Source: an uncultured Bacteroides sp. (GTDB lineage: Bacteria; Bacteroidota; Bacteroidia; Bacteroidales; Bacteroidaceae). Taken from it: a stretch of DNA of 64,000 bases. Under the pieces are notes generated by a model that did not search any database, was not told the DNA's origin, and saw only the letters and a program-made list of their open reading frames with translations. The number at the start of each line of letters is the position of its first letter. The stretch's first letter is position 1. The stretch lies in contig CAQOGY010000014.1 of NCBI GenBank assembly GCA_948847595.1, positions 6,064 to 70,063 of the forward strand, written 5' to 3'. Made by a program: the position numbers and the translations under genes. Positions 48,301 through 58,390 of the stretch are shown here, in pieces.

Positions 48301-49483
48301 TCCATAAACGACCTTGTCTGTCCGTACATATACTGCTTACGATCTTATTATTCAGGCTGCTGCTGTTGCCGGGAATAGGAGAGTAATCGATAGTAGTGAA
48401 CAGGGAAGGTTCACTGCTGATAAAGTTGATTCCTCCTCCCCATGTGCCGAGCCATACATTATCAAAAGAGTCCTGGTAGATATAGCGCACGCTGGCATTG
48501 GAAAGACTGCGGCTATCGTCTCCTTCCCGGAGAAACTCAAAAGTGATTTGTTCGGGTGACAGGAACTGACTTTGTTTTAAATCCAGTATTGTGATGCCAT
48601 TCTGCTCGGAGGCAATCCAGAGTTTATGATTCTTCAGCTGTCTGATACTGAAGATACGGGTAGAAAGTGTACCATACTTGTCGTTTCGGTTCTGCTTGAA
48701 AGTGATAAAACTTTGGTTGGTTGAGTTATACAGAGCCAGTCCTCTATCCGTTCCGAGCCAGATATTTCCGTAGCTGTCTTTGAGTATGGTGCTTACCTCG
48801 TTTCCCGGCAGACTGTTGGGATCGGCGGGGTCGTGCCGGAAATTTATTGTACTTCGGTCTTTTAATGAAAGAATGCTGAAGCCGCTGTTGACGTGACCGA
48901 TATAGAGATTTCCATCCCCTCCGTCCAGCACCGTCCAGGTCTGTTCACTTTCCAGTGTGGGGACGGTGGTCTTATTATAGTGTGTGAATTTGCCGGTAGC
49001 GGTATCGAGATGATCTATACCCCTGTAATAAGTACAGATCCATATACCGTCTGTGTCCTGGGCCGGAGCAATGTCGGTAACATCATTCGTTATCAGACTG
49101 TTCGGGTTCTGCGGATCATTCTGATAGGCAGTGAAGGTTTGTGAATGATAGTTGTAAGCGTTGAGTCCGTCGCGTTGGGTGGCAACCCAGATAATGGGAC
49201 GCTTCGGATCAGCATATACCTGATTTAATTCATTGCCGGTGATACTTTGAGAATTTTTGGACGGATCATTCTTATAATAGGTAATGAAGCGGGTGCCATC
49301 AAACTTATTCAGCCCTTCTTCGGTGGCAAACCATAAAAAGCCTTGCTTGTCTTGTGTGATGCCGACTACATAATTATTGGAGAGTCCCTGTTCTATACCT
49401 AATCGCTTAATAATATAAGGTTGAGCCATCAACCAACAGGAAGATGTCAGGAATGAAAGTATAAGAATGATGTATCGTTTCAT
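45350..49483 (-). CDS. Hybrid two-component system sensor/regulator (HTCS)
   Basis: Reg_prop repeats, Y_Y_Y domain, TM, NITHELRTPL, GTGIGL, SDIMMP receiver, AraC HTH; start taken at MKRYII (49483). Confidence 0.97.
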   Translation of the reverse strand: MKRYIILILSFLTSSCWLMAQPYIIKRLGIEQGLSNNYVVGITQDKQGFLWFATEEGLNKFDGTRFITYYKNDPSKNSQSITGNELNQVYADPKRPIIWVATQRDGLNAYNYHSQTFTAYQNDPQNPNSLITNDVTDIAPAQDTDGIWICTYYRGIDHLDTATGKFTHYNKTTVPTLESEQTWTVLDGGDGNLYIGHVNSGFSILSLKDRSTINFRHDPADPNSLPGNEVSTILKDSYGNIWLGTDRGLALYNSTNQSFITFKQNRNDKYGTLSTRIFSIRQLKNHKLWIASEQNGITILDLKQSQFLSPEQITFEFLREGDDSRSLSNASVRYIYQDSFDNVWLGTWGGGINFISSEPSLFTTIDYSPIPGNSSSLNNKIVSSICTDRQGRLWIGTDGGGINVFENNKRVAIYKKETGELLSNSVQTAFQDSKGNLWFGTFQGSVSLYNPQTKTFRSITPMGRANLDIRTFCEDNQHRIWIGCSEGIYIYDPDKMEVIQHYHSGNSELHGNLIRTIEQDDKGRFWIGTFGDGMGVYSPDFHLIKHYIQREGFCSNTINQIYEDKEKRIWVATGDGLVCFRSPEDTDYQTYQRKDGFANTFIQAITEDQQGNIWFSTNKGIGCYVTKKKRFYYYGHSDDVPAGNFMRASVAKNTDGSIYFGSINGLCCFAPNIAMSEFKIPPVIITEMKIFERLGTQENSEAFVSLSEKREVELTHEQNTFSLTFNVQNYSFVNQMEYTYMLKGLENSWYTVNENNSVTFRNIPPGKYEFLIKARIHNQEWPEEATSLIIRINPPMWLTWWAKLIYILISISIIYLIIHAYKKKIDLESLYTLEKKNHEQEQELNQERLRFYTNITHELRTPLTLILGPLEDMQKDTSLPTKQVQKLSVIHQSALRLLNLINQILEFRKTETQNKKLCVCKGNLTPLIYEIGLKYKELNQKPKIDFRIQTEKEEMLLFFDKEIITIILDNLISNAIKYTEQGRVTLSLCQTTRNEVSYTEIKVSDTGYGISAEALPHIFDRYYQESGKHQASGTGIGLALVRNLVELHEGDIRVESTPNEGSTFYISLLTDNIYPNALHTDSTETKEKPEDQEAITDDSQTAATENSKPILLVVEDNEEIQNYIAESFSDSFEVITGNNGEKGKQQALNRIPDIIVSDIMMPVMDGITLCRQLKEDVRTSHIPVILLTAKDSLQDKEEGYEVGADSYLTKPFSASLLRSRINNLLDSRKKLIAQFQQTGTSHNPNSHLDEKRSIITEALSKLDNEFIEKITQLVEDNLSSEKIDITYLSDKMCMSGSTLYRKMKALTGLSTNEYIRKVKMQNAERLLLEGKYNISEIAYKIGMNSTGYFRQCFKDEFGVSPSDYLKQFTSPTPPPSS

Positions 49484-49541
49484 AAATTGTGCTATATGTT
49501 TCATATTCAGTTTCAAAAATAGAAATAAATATTTTATTTAG

Positions 49542-49626
49542 GCTATGTAAATCATGCATTGCATGATTTACATAGCTTCTCTGCATGATTTTTATCTGTT
49601 ACCTCTATGTTATTGGTTTATATTTG
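49542..49626. promoter_or_regulatory. Candidate HTCS operator and susC promoter
   Basis: 17-bp perfect inverted repeat 49542-49576; TGCATGATTT direct repeats at 49560 and 49582; TATATTTG at 49619-49626. Confidence 0.75.
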
Positions 49627-49706
49627 TGCTGTGAAACCGAAGAAATAATGTTCGGATTCACAGTGACCCTGAGTTTTCTGAAATATCTATATTAACAATT
49701 AATACT

Positions 49707-52700
49707 ATGATGAAAAGTTTATGCTGTAATTCTAAACAAAAGTTGTTAGTGGCGTTATGCCTGCTATTTTGTTTGTCGGGAAATGCACAACAGGCAAGCA
49801 CTGTTAATCGTGCAGCTGCTAAGGAAAAGACTGTAGGAAAGCGTACTTTGATCGGTACTGTAATAGATGCAGGTACCGGAGATGCGTTGATCGGAGTCAA
49901 TGTTAAGGTGAAAGGAACGGGAGAAGGCACTATTACCGACCTGGACGGTAAATTCTCTATCGGTGTAACGAGCCAGACTCAGCTGGAAATCTCTTATATC
50001 GGTTATAAGACACAGACTTTAATGGTAGGAGACCTGGGTGTGATGACTGTCAAGATGGAGTCCGATAATGAAATGTTGGATGAAGTGGTGGTTATCGGAG
50101 CCGGTACTCAGAAAAAAGTGTCTGTGACGGGATCTATCGCTACGGTCAAAGGGGCTACACTGAAGCTGCCCTCTTCTTCGCTTACCAGTTCACTTGCCGG
50201 AAAATTATCGGGTATCGTTTCTGTTACCAATAGCGGTGAGCCGGGTTCTACTTCTGACTTTTATATTCGTGGTATCAATACCTTTGGCGGACGTTCCACT
50301 CCGTTGATCCTGTTGGACGGAGTAGAAATCTCTTCGAACGACCTGAACCGGATTCCGGCAGAGTCTATTGAAAGCTTTTCTTTGCTGAAAGATGCTTCTG
50401 CAACGGCTATTTATGGTAACCGTGGTGCTAACGGCGTAATGCTGGTAACGACAAAGAGCGGTACTGAAAACACGAAGGCAACGATTAATGTGTCTTTGGA
50501 GGCTTCTTATTTCCGTCCGATGAACCGGGTGAAATTTGCTGATGGAGCCACCTATATGCAGACCTATAATGAAGCTGCCCAGGCCAGAAGCGCAACGCAG
50601 ATTACTTCCCCGAAATATACGGAAGAACAGATCACCAACACGGCAAGCGGAGTAAATCCTTATGTGTATCCGGATGTTGACTGGTATGATCTGATTTTCA
50701 GAGACGGTAATTTCAACCAGCGTGCCAACGTAAACGTGCAGGGAGGTGGTTCTCGCGTGACTTACTATATGAGTTTGCAGGCAAACCACGATACCGGACT
50801 GTTGGACGCTCCTAATTATTACTATAGCCCCAACATCAACAACTGGGAATATAACTTCCAGAACAACATCTCGTATAAGTTGACCAATACGACCACCGTC
50901 GACTTGCGTATGATGGCGCAGATCGGTAACAAAAAGGGTCCTAACTATTCCACTTCCGATTTGTATAAGATCGTCATGCAAGCCAATCCTGTAGCATTCC
51001 CCGCTTACTTCCCCAGTGAAGATGGCGATGAGCATATACGTTTTGGTAATGCGGAAATAAAATCCGGTGTTTACGGACAGAACCCGTATGCATATATGAT
51101 GAGTTCTTTCAAAGAAGGCAACTACAATACACTGAACACTTCATTGAACATCAGTCAGGACTTGGGCTTCCTAACCAAAGGCTTGAGCGTGAAAGCATTG
51201 GTTAATTTCAAGAACTGGTCAGAATCTACTTACAACCGTTCCATTACCCCTTATTACTATAAAGTGAAAGACGGTTCTTATGATTCCGAAAGCAACCAAT
51301 ATGAACTTCAGACATTGCAGACAGGATCGGATTACGTCAGCCAGTCGGGTATCAGCAAAAGTGCCGACCAGACTTTCTATTTTGACTTTCGTGCCGACTG
51401 GAAGCGCAGCTTCGGCGATCACAACCTGACAGCAATGCTTATGTATATGATGCGCGAATATCGTAGCGATGTATTGCCTAACCGCAATCAGGGTTATTCC
51501 GGTCGTTTGACTTACGATTACTCCAGCCGCTATTTATTTGAGTTCAACTTTGGTTATAACGGTTCTGAGCGTCTGGCTTCCGGCGAGCGTTTTGAATTTT
51601 TCCCGGCTGCTTCCGTTGGTTGGGTGGTAAGTTCCGAAAAGTTTTGGGAACCGATGAGCAAGTATGTCGACCACTTAAAACTCAGAGCTTCTTATGGTCT
51701 GGTAGGTAGTGACGAATTTAACGGCAGTGCTCCGCACTTCTTGTATCAGAATAATATCAGCATTGGTGCAGGGCATAGTTTCTGGACCGGTCTTCCTTCC
51801 AATGAAATTAACAGAAAAGGACCTGCCTTCTATGTATTGGCTGTTGAAAATGCAGGCTGGGAACACGTGAAGAAGTTTGATATCGGTTTTGATATGTCTC
51901 TGTTCAATCAGCTGAGCATTACTTTCGATTATTTCCGCGATCACCGTGACCGTATCTTGATGGCACGTTCATCCTGGCCGAATATGCTGGGCTACTGGGG
52001 ATCTCTGCCCTGGAGTAACATCGGTGAGGTTATCAACCGCGGTGTCGAACTGAGCGTGAACTGGAATAAACGTTTCGGCAAAGACTGGATAATAGATTTC
52101 CGTGGTAACTTTACTTATAATCAGAATGAATATAAGTATGTCGATGAACCGGATTATCCTTATGTATGGCAGACTAAGACAGGTAAACCGCTGAACACCT
52201 TGACCGGTTATGTTGCTGAGGGACTATTTGCTAGCGAGGAAGAGATTGCCAACTGGCCGGATCAGTCACAACTGGGTGCCAACATTATGCCGGGCGACAT
52301 CAAGTATCGTGATATAAATGGTGACGGAGCGATTACGACAGAAGACCAGGTGATGCTGTCTCCTTATAACAATGTCCCCCGTATTCAGTATGGTTTCGGC
52401 TTGAATCTGACTTATAAGAAATTCGATTTTGGCGTATTCTTCAATGGTTCGGCAAAACGTAAGATCATGATCAACAGCGGATATGCTCCGTTCCTCTCCG
52501 GCGGTGGTGACGGTATGACTACAGAAAGTCTGGAGCGCAACCTGATGCAATGGATTGCCGATGACCACTGGTCGGTAGATAATCCGAATCCGAATGCGGC
52601 GTATCCTCGTTTGGGTATAACCAGTGCCGATACATCCAATAATACCCAGCCAAGTTCTTTCTGGTTGCGCAACGGTAATTTCCTGCGCTTTAAGAGTTTG

Positions 52701-52853
52701 GAAGTAGGTTATCGTTTCCCGTATTGCCGTGTTTACTTTAGCGGTGATAACCTGGCGGTGTTCAGTCCATTCAAGTTGTGGGACCCAGAACTTTCCTGGA
52801 ATGCTTATCCCTTGCAACGTACCTTTAACTTAGGCGTTCAATTCACTTTCTAA
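49707..52853 (+). CDS. SusC/RagA TonB-dependent transporter
   Basis: LKDASATAIYGNRGANGVMLVTTK, PGDIKYRDINGDG, YPLQRTFNLGVQFTF. Confidence 0.97.
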   Translation: MMKSLCCNSKQKLLVALCLLFCLSGNAQQASTVNRAAAKEKTVGKRTLIGTVIDAGTGDALIGVNVKVKGTGEGTITDLDGKFSIGVTSQTQLEISYIGYKTQTLMVGDLGVMTVKMESDNEMLDEVVVIGAGTQKKVSVTGSIATVKGATLKLPSSSLTSSLAGKLSGIVSVTNSGEPGSTSDFYIRGINTFGGRSTPLILLDGVEISSNDLNRIPAESIESFSLLKDASATAIYGNRGANGVMLVTTKSGTENTKATINVSLEASYFRPMNRVKFADGATYMQTYNEAAQARSATQITSPKYTEEQITNTASGVNPYVYPDVDWYDLIFRDGNFNQRANVNVQGGGSRVTYYMSLQANHDTGLLDAPNYYYSPNINNWEYNFQNNISYKLTNTTTVDLRMMAQIGNKKGPNYSTSDLYKIVMQANPVAFPAYFPSEDGDEHIRFGNAEIKSGVYGQNPYAYMMSSFKEGNYNTLNTSLNISQDLGFLTKGLSVKALVNFKNWSESTYNRSITPYYYKVKDGSYDSESNQYELQTLQTGSDYVSQSGISKSADQTFYFDFRADWKRSFGDHNLTAMLMYMMREYRSDVLPNRNQGYSGRLTYDYSSRYLFEFNFGYNGSERLASGERFEFFPAASVGWVVSSEKFWEPMSKYVDHLKLRASYGLVGSDEFNGSAPHFLYQNNISIGAGHSFWTGLPSNEINRKGPAFYVLAVENAGWEHVKKFDIGFDMSLFNQLSITFDYFRDHRDRILMARSSWPNMLGYWGSLPWSNIGEVINRGVELSVNWNKRFGKDWIIDFRGNFTYNQNEYKYVDEPDYPYVWQTKTGKPLNTLTGYVAEGLFASEEEIANWPDQSQLGANIMPGDIKYRDINGDGAITTEDQVMLSPYNNVPRIQYGFGLNLTYKKFDFGVFFNGSAKRKIMINSGYAPFLSGGGDGMTTESLERNLMQWIADDHWSVDNPNPNAAYPRLGITSADTSNNTQPSSFWLRNGNFLRFKSLEVGYRFPYCRVYFSGDNLAVFSPFKLWDPELSWNAYPLQRTFNLGVQFTF

Positions 52854-52885
52854 AAGTACAGTTTAACTTATAACAAATAAGAAGT

Positions 52886-54901
52886 ATGAAACTAATACAA
52901 AAAATAATCCAAATATCACGGACCTTGCTGATCCCTTGCTGCCTGCTGACTTCTTGTAACTATCTCGATGTCATCCCGCCTGCACAAGCTGACTTTGATG
53001 ACACCATGAAAGATGAGGCTGCTACGCTGAACTTCCTGTTTACCTGTTACGGCTATATTCCCCGTGTACATCCTTTTGAATTTAAAGCATTCGAGCAGTC
53101 TGCCGACGAGCTTATATCACCTAAGATGTGGGATGACTATCAGCAACAAGTAGCATGGGGAACCATCTCACCTTCTTACTATAACAGTTGGGGAGGTGAT
53201 GACATGAACATCTGGACGCCCAGTTACAACTGGCTGGGTTATGTACATCATTTCCTGAGTCTGATAGATGAACTGCAACCTACCGGAGTGACCGAAGATG
53301 ACAAGGCGCAATATAAAGCCGAATGTTATTTCCTGGAAGCATACTATCATTTCCGTGTATTGCAGGCATTTGGCCCGTGTCCGCTCATCACGGAAAAGGT
53401 GGACCCGAATATAACAAACGATCAGATTCCGGGGCGTTCGCACTTTGATTATTGCGTGAATTACATTGTAGGCAAACTGGATGATGCTGCAAATGTTCTT
53501 CCGGCTACAAGATCGACAGAAGACCTCGGCCGTGCCACTTCCACAATCTGTAAATGCCTCAAAGCCCGCGTACTGCTGTATGCCGCTTCTCCGCTTTGGA
53601 ACGGTTCTTTCTATAAGGCGGACTGGCAGAATAAGAATTATGAAACGCCGGACTACGGTAAAGAGCTGGTCAGCAACTCTTACGACCGCGAGAAATGGAC
53701 CCGTGCATTGACTGCGTGCCAGGAAGCTCTGACAGCAGCCAAGGCTGCCGGTCATGAATTGTTCGATATCGAAACGGCCAACAAGAAAGCGGAACGTGAC
53801 GGAGTAGAACTGTCCTTTATTCCGGGTAAGGAAGAAGACACGCCGGAAAATCAGGAATTCAAAGAACGTGTCCGTATGTTCCAGTATCTGATTACTGCCA
53901 ATGAAGGAGACAATAACAAAGAAATTATCTGGGGACAGCGTATCGACTCAGACGTTAATAACGGTGGAGAAGCTACCGACTCCCGTCTGCCGAACCGCGT
54001 AGTGAAGAAAAGCGATGGAAGCTGGGCAGGTGGTTGGGCAGGTCTGGCACCTACCTTGTACGCTGTACAGCATTTCTATACAGAGAATGGAGAACTTCCG
54101 GAACAGGACACTGACTTCTATCCGAAATCAGAATGGTATAGCCGCTTTTATGAAGGAACTTCAAGCCCCGAACTTGCAACTAACGGCCTCGACGGTGAAG
54201 ATGTGAAGAATGATATCATCAAACTGAATGCCAAGCGTGAAGCTCGTTTCTATGCATGGATTGCCTTTGACGGTTCCGAATACGCAAAGAAGATCAACAA
54301 TGGCAATTCACTTTGGCTTAACTTCAAGAATACCAATACCAACGGATGGCGTTCTTCCGATTCACGTAATATAGCCGGCACCGGTTACCTGTCGAAAAAG
54401 TTTATTGATCCGAATATACGTTTCAGCGCAAGTGGCACCCGTAGCCATACTCCTTCAAGACGTCCGTTTATCCGTATGGCGGAACTCTATCTGAATCTGG
54501 CTGAATGCTACGCAGCACTGGACGATACGCCGAACGCTATTGAGAATCTTAACATAATTCGTGAACGTGCCGGAGTCAGAGACTTAACAACAGCAGATAT
54601 GACAGATATGAATATTACCGAATGGGTACGCAACGAGCGCTTTATCGAGCTGTACGAAGAAGGACATCGTTATTATGACTTGCGTCGTTGGGCGATTGCA
54701 CCTCAGATGCTTAAGGCAGGGTTACGCTATGGTCTGAATGGACTGGCTTTAAATCCGAGTTTTGAGGAATTCAATACACCGATTCAGATTGACCAGCCTT
54801 TCAAATGGGACGATAGACTGTATTTGCTTCCGGTATGGTCGAGAAGTGATATGGATGAACTTTACAGTAATCCGCAGATGGTACAGGCACCCGGGTATTA
54901 A
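52886..54901 (+). CDS. SusD/RagB family lipoprotein
   Basis: LTSCNYLDVIP, AECYFLEAYYHF, RMAELYLNLAE, ERFIELYEEGHRYYDLRRW, QAPGY. Confidence 0.96.
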   Translation: MKLIQKIIQISRTLLIPCCLLTSCNYLDVIPPAQADFDDTMKDEAATLNFLFTCYGYIPRVHPFEFKAFEQSADELISPKMWDDYQQQVAWGTISPSYYNSWGGDDMNIWTPSYNWLGYVHHFLSLIDELQPTGVTEDDKAQYKAECYFLEAYYHFRVLQAFGPCPLITEKVDPNITNDQIPGRSHFDYCVNYIVGKLDDAANVLPATRSTEDLGRATSTICKCLKARVLLYAASPLWNGSFYKADWQNKNYETPDYGKELVSNSYDREKWTRALTACQEALTAAKAAGHELFDIETANKKAERDGVELSFIPGKEEDTPENQEFKERVRMFQYLITANEGDNNKEIIWGQRIDSDVNNGGEATDSRLPNRVVKKSDGSWAGGWAGLAPTLYAVQHFYTENGELPEQDTDFYPKSEWYSRFYEGTSSPELATNGLDGEDVKNDIIKLNAKREARFYAWIAFDGSEYAKKINNGNSLWLNFKNTNTNGWRSSDSRNIAGTGYLSKKFIDPNIRFSASGTRSHTPSRRPFIRMAELYLNLAECYAALDDTPNAIENLNIIRERAGVRDLTTADMTDMNITEWVRNERFIELYEEGHRYYDLRRWAIAPQMLKAGLRYGLNGLALNPSFEEFNTPIQIDQPFKWDDRLYLLPVWSRSDMDELYSNPQMVQAPGY

Positions 54902-54921
54902 TCATCTAAAAACAACGCGTT

Positions 54922-56262
54922 ATGAAAATAAGAAATACATTATTGTTGGCAGGAAGCCTGCTTTTATTGGGCGCCTGCGACGAATCAAAATATGATCTGG
55001 ACAGTCTGGTTCCGGAGCAGTATCATAAGATATTGTATGTGAATAATAGTGGCAAACAGGAAGTAACCTTGTACGATACGGGTGAAAACTATGATTACAC
55101 CTTCTCCATATTCAAATCGGGAAGTGATCCTACTCAGACTGCCAGTGCAGATATTTATATCCTGACGCAGGAAGAGCTTGACAATGAGTATAGTGATCCC
55201 GAAGCTGTAAACTACAAGCTGATAGGCACGGACTGCTACTCGATAGAGTCGACTCATCTGGATTTTTCGGCTGCCGACCGTTATAAACCGGTTACGGTAT
55301 CCCTGGATCCGGAGAGCATCAAGACCATGATAGCGGCCCAGCCGGATGCAGTATGGGTATTACCTTTACAAGTGGTGAGTGAAAACGACTCTGTCAATAG
55401 CGAAAAGAATGAGTTGTTCCTGCAAATAACCGGAGTTATCACTCCGTCCTTCGGATTTGGAAGTTCGGCTGTATCTGTGAAAGAGTATAGTTATGGCTTT
55501 GCCGTTGCAGAAAAAGTAACTTTTGGCCTTGATACGGAGAATAGCTGGGAGATTAGCTGTGAGTTTGGTGTGGACGATGCGTATCGCACCGCTTACAATA
55601 CAAAGAACAAGACTATATTCCAGGCTTTGCCCGAGGGCAGTTACTCCTTCCAGGATCAAATGACGCTTTCTCCCGGTATTACCACTACCGAGCTGCCTGT
55701 TACGATAAACTCCGATCAGTTGCAGCCGGGTGATTATATGTTGCCTATCCGTATCGAGTCGGTTTCCATCTTTGGAATTTCTTCAACCAATGATGTATAT
55801 CCTTTGGCTATTCGTATTCTTGGCCCGCAGTTGGATCGTACAAACTGGACGATAGAGGCGAATACACAAGAACCGAACGGTGAAGGTTCCGGAAATGGTG
55901 TGCCTTCATGTGCATTGGACGGCAATCCTTCCACATACTGGCACTCATCCTGGCAGAGTGGCAGCCATGCTTTGCCTCATGAGCTGATTATTGATACCAA
56001 GGAATCGTATACATTTACTCAGTTCGGTCTGATGCAAAGACAGCACGACAGCTATATGGATGCAGGTGCAGGTGTCTTCTACGTAAGTGACGATAAAACA
56101 AACTGGACGGAAGTCGGTACGTTTACCATGCAGAAGATTCATGATACCCAGAACTTTACTTTGGAAACTCCGACACGGGGACGTTACTTCAAGGTACAGA
56201 TTACACAAAGTAACAGAGGCCTCAATACCTCTCTGGCAGAAATATATGCATACGGGTTATAG
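54922..56262 (+). CDS. Surface glycan-binding lipoprotein (DUF1735-like domains plus F5/8 type C/CBM32)
   Basis: LGAC lipobox, WVLPL and YMLPI motifs, ALDGNPSTYWHS..LPHELIID..GRYFK..SLAEI. Confidence 0.88.
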   Translation: MKIRNTLLLAGSLLLLGACDESKYDLDSLVPEQYHKILYVNNSGKQEVTLYDTGENYDYTFSIFKSGSDPTQTASADIYILTQEELDNEYSDPEAVNYKLIGTDCYSIESTHLDFSAADRYKPVTVSLDPESIKTMIAAQPDAVWVLPLQVVSENDSVNSEKNELFLQITGVITPSFGFGSSAVSVKEYSYGFAVAEKVTFGLDTENSWEISCEFGVDDAYRTAYNTKNKTIFQALPEGSYSFQDQMTLSPGITTTELPVTINSDQLQPGDYMLPIRIESVSIFGISSTNDVYPLAIRILGPQLDRTNWTIEANTQEPNGEGSGNGVPSCALDGNPSTYWHSSWQSGSHALPHELIIDTKESYTFTQFGLMQRQHDSYMDAGAGVFYVSDDKTNWTEVGTFTMQKIHDTQNFTLETPTRGRYFKVQITQSNRGLNTSLAEIYAYGL

Positions 56263-56382
56263 TCCCGGGCGATGAATGCTGAATGCTAAAAGATTATCAG
56301 TTGTTTTTAAGATCTCTTTTACATAAATATGGCAGGCGGATATTTCCGGCCTGCCTGCATTGACTACTAAATATTTGATATA

Positions 56383-58335
56383 ATGAAGAATAGACTAAAA
56401 GGTTTTGCTTTTGTACTGACGACAGTCGTTTCGTCGCTGACTGCGCAGAATGTAGTTGTTAACGGACCCGATGGCAAGTTGCAGGTCACCGTTTCGTGTT
56501 CGGAAGGAGGTGAGGCATCCTACTCTCTTGTTTATAACGGAAAGCAGATGCTTGAGTCTTCTCCGTTGGGGCTGGAGACCAATCTGGGCAGTTTTATCAA
56601 AGGTATGAAACTGACAGGACATCGGGAAAAACAGATTGATACCACTTACACTCAGTCGCGTATAAAAGCTTCCCGCATACACTATCGTGCGAATGAACTG
56701 GTTTGTTCATTTGCCAACGATAAAGGGCAGAAAGCGGATGTAACGTTCCGGGTGAGCAATAACGATGTAGCTTTCCGGTACACATTGCCTCGTCAGGGAG
56801 ATACCGGAAGCATTGTAGTAGATGGTGAAGAGACGGGATTCCGTTTCCCTGCCGGAACCACCACTTTTCTTTGTTCGCAGAGTGATGCCATGATTGGGTG
56901 GAAGCGGACGAAGCCCAGTTACGAGGAAGAATATAAGGTGGATGCTCCGATGGATGTGCGTTCGCAGTATGGACACGGATACACATTCCCCTGTTTGTTT
57001 AAAGTCGGGGAAGACGGCTGGGTGCTTGTCAGCGAAACGGGAGTGGACAGCCGCTATTGCGGTTCACGCCTGAGTGATGTCGCAGAAGGGAATCTTTATA
57101 CGGTGGCCTTTCCCATGCCCGAAGAAAATAATGGCAACGGAACGGTAGCACCGGCTTTCTCCTTACCCGGCTCTACGCCCTGGCGCACTATTACCGTAGG
57201 AGAAACGTTGAAGCCTATTGTAGAAACGACTGTTCCGTGGGATGTAGTCGAACCGCTGTACGAAACGGAACATAACTATCGTATGGGACGCGGAACCTGG
57301 AGCTGGATACTCTGGCAGGATGGCAGTATCAATTATGATGACCAAGTGCGTTATATCGATCTGGCTGCTGCCATGGGATATGAATATGCACTGATAGATA
57401 ATTGGTGGGATACGAATATCGGTCACGAACGTATGGAACAGCTTATCCGGTATGCGCGAAGCAAGAAGGTAGATATGTTTCTGTGGTATAGTTCGAGTGG
57501 TTACTGGAATGATATCGAGCAGGGACCTACGAATCTGATGGATAACCCCATTGCACGCAAGCGTGAAATGAAATGGCTGCAAAGTCAGGGAGTTAAAGGT
57601 ATCAAGGTCGATTTTTTCGGTGGTGACAAGCAGGAGACCATGCGTCTGTATGAAGCTATCCTGAGCGATGCCGATGATCATGGACTGATGGTTATCTTCC
57701 ACGGCTGTACCCTGCCGCGCGGATGGGAACGGATGTATCCCAATTATGTGGGCAGTGAAGCGGTGCTGGCTTCGGAGAATATGGTTTTCAATCAGCACTT
57801 CTGTGATGAAGAGGCTTTCAATACTTGTCTGCACCCCTTTATACGCAATTCGGTCGGCTCTATGGAATTTGGCGGCTGCTTCCTCAACAAGCGGCTGAAC
57901 AAAGGAAATGACGGAGGAACCACCCGCCGGACTACGGATGTCTTCCAGCTGGCGACTGCTGTTTTGTTCCAGAATCCGGTTCAGAACTTTGCTTTGGCTC
58001 CTAATAATCTGACAGATGTCTCTCCGGTTTGCATTGACTTTATGAAAGAAGTACCTACGGAATGGGATGAGACTCGTTTTGTTGATGGTTATCCCGGCAA
58101 GTATGTAGTGCTGGCCCGTCGTCACGGTGATAACTGGTATCTGGCGGCTGTGAACGCTACCGGAGAGCCGTTGAAGTTGAAACTCGACTTACCGATGTTT
58201 GCCGGAAAGACGGTATCTTCATATAGTGATGACAAACATATGCAGCCACAGGTGCGACAACAAAATGTAAAATCTGACGGTAAGTTCCAGTTGACGGTTC
58301 AGCCGCAGGGAGGCTTTGTCTTAAAGAATAACTGA
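56383..58335 (+). CDS. GH97 glycoside hydrolase
   Basis: GPDGKL, FRVSNNDVAFRY, TPWRTI, YIDLAA, GVKGIKVDFF, FHGC..PRGWERMYPN, WDETR. Confidence 0.93.
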   Translation: MKNRLKGFAFVLTTVVSSLTAQNVVVNGPDGKLQVTVSCSEGGEASYSLVYNGKQMLESSPLGLETNLGSFIKGMKLTGHREKQIDTTYTQSRIKASRIHYRANELVCSFANDKGQKADVTFRVSNNDVAFRYTLPRQGDTGSIVVDGEETGFRFPAGTTTFLCSQSDAMIGWKRTKPSYEEEYKVDAPMDVRSQYGHGYTFPCLFKVGEDGWVLVSETGVDSRYCGSRLSDVAEGNLYTVAFPMPEENNGNGTVAPAFSLPGSTPWRTITVGETLKPIVETTVPWDVVEPLYETEHNYRMGRGTWSWILWQDGSINYDDQVRYIDLAAAMGYEYALIDNWWDTNIGHERMEQLIRYARSKKVDMFLWYSSSGYWNDIEQGPTNLMDNPIARKREMKWLQSQGVKGIKVDFFGGDKQETMRLYEAILSDADDHGLMVIFHGCTLPRGWERMYPNYVGSEAVLASENMVFNQHFCDEEAFNTCLHPFIRNSVGSMEFGGCFLNKRLNKGNDGGTTRRTTDVFQLATAVLFQNPVQNFALAPNNLTDVSPVCIDFMKEVPTEWDETRFVDGYPGKYVVLARRHGDNWYLAAVNATGEPLKLKLDLPMFAGKTVSSYSDDKHMQPQVRQQNVKSDGKFQLTVQPQGGFVLKNN

Positions 58336-58390
58336 TCGTCGGTAAGCTCTTAAATCGTCAGTAAGTTTTTAACAGGTATCAGACCAGACA

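Noticed and set aside
58335..58372. 19-nt direct repeat (16/19) between GH97 and GH30
   Set aside because: Only two degenerate copies in a short intra-operon gap; probably a local duplication.
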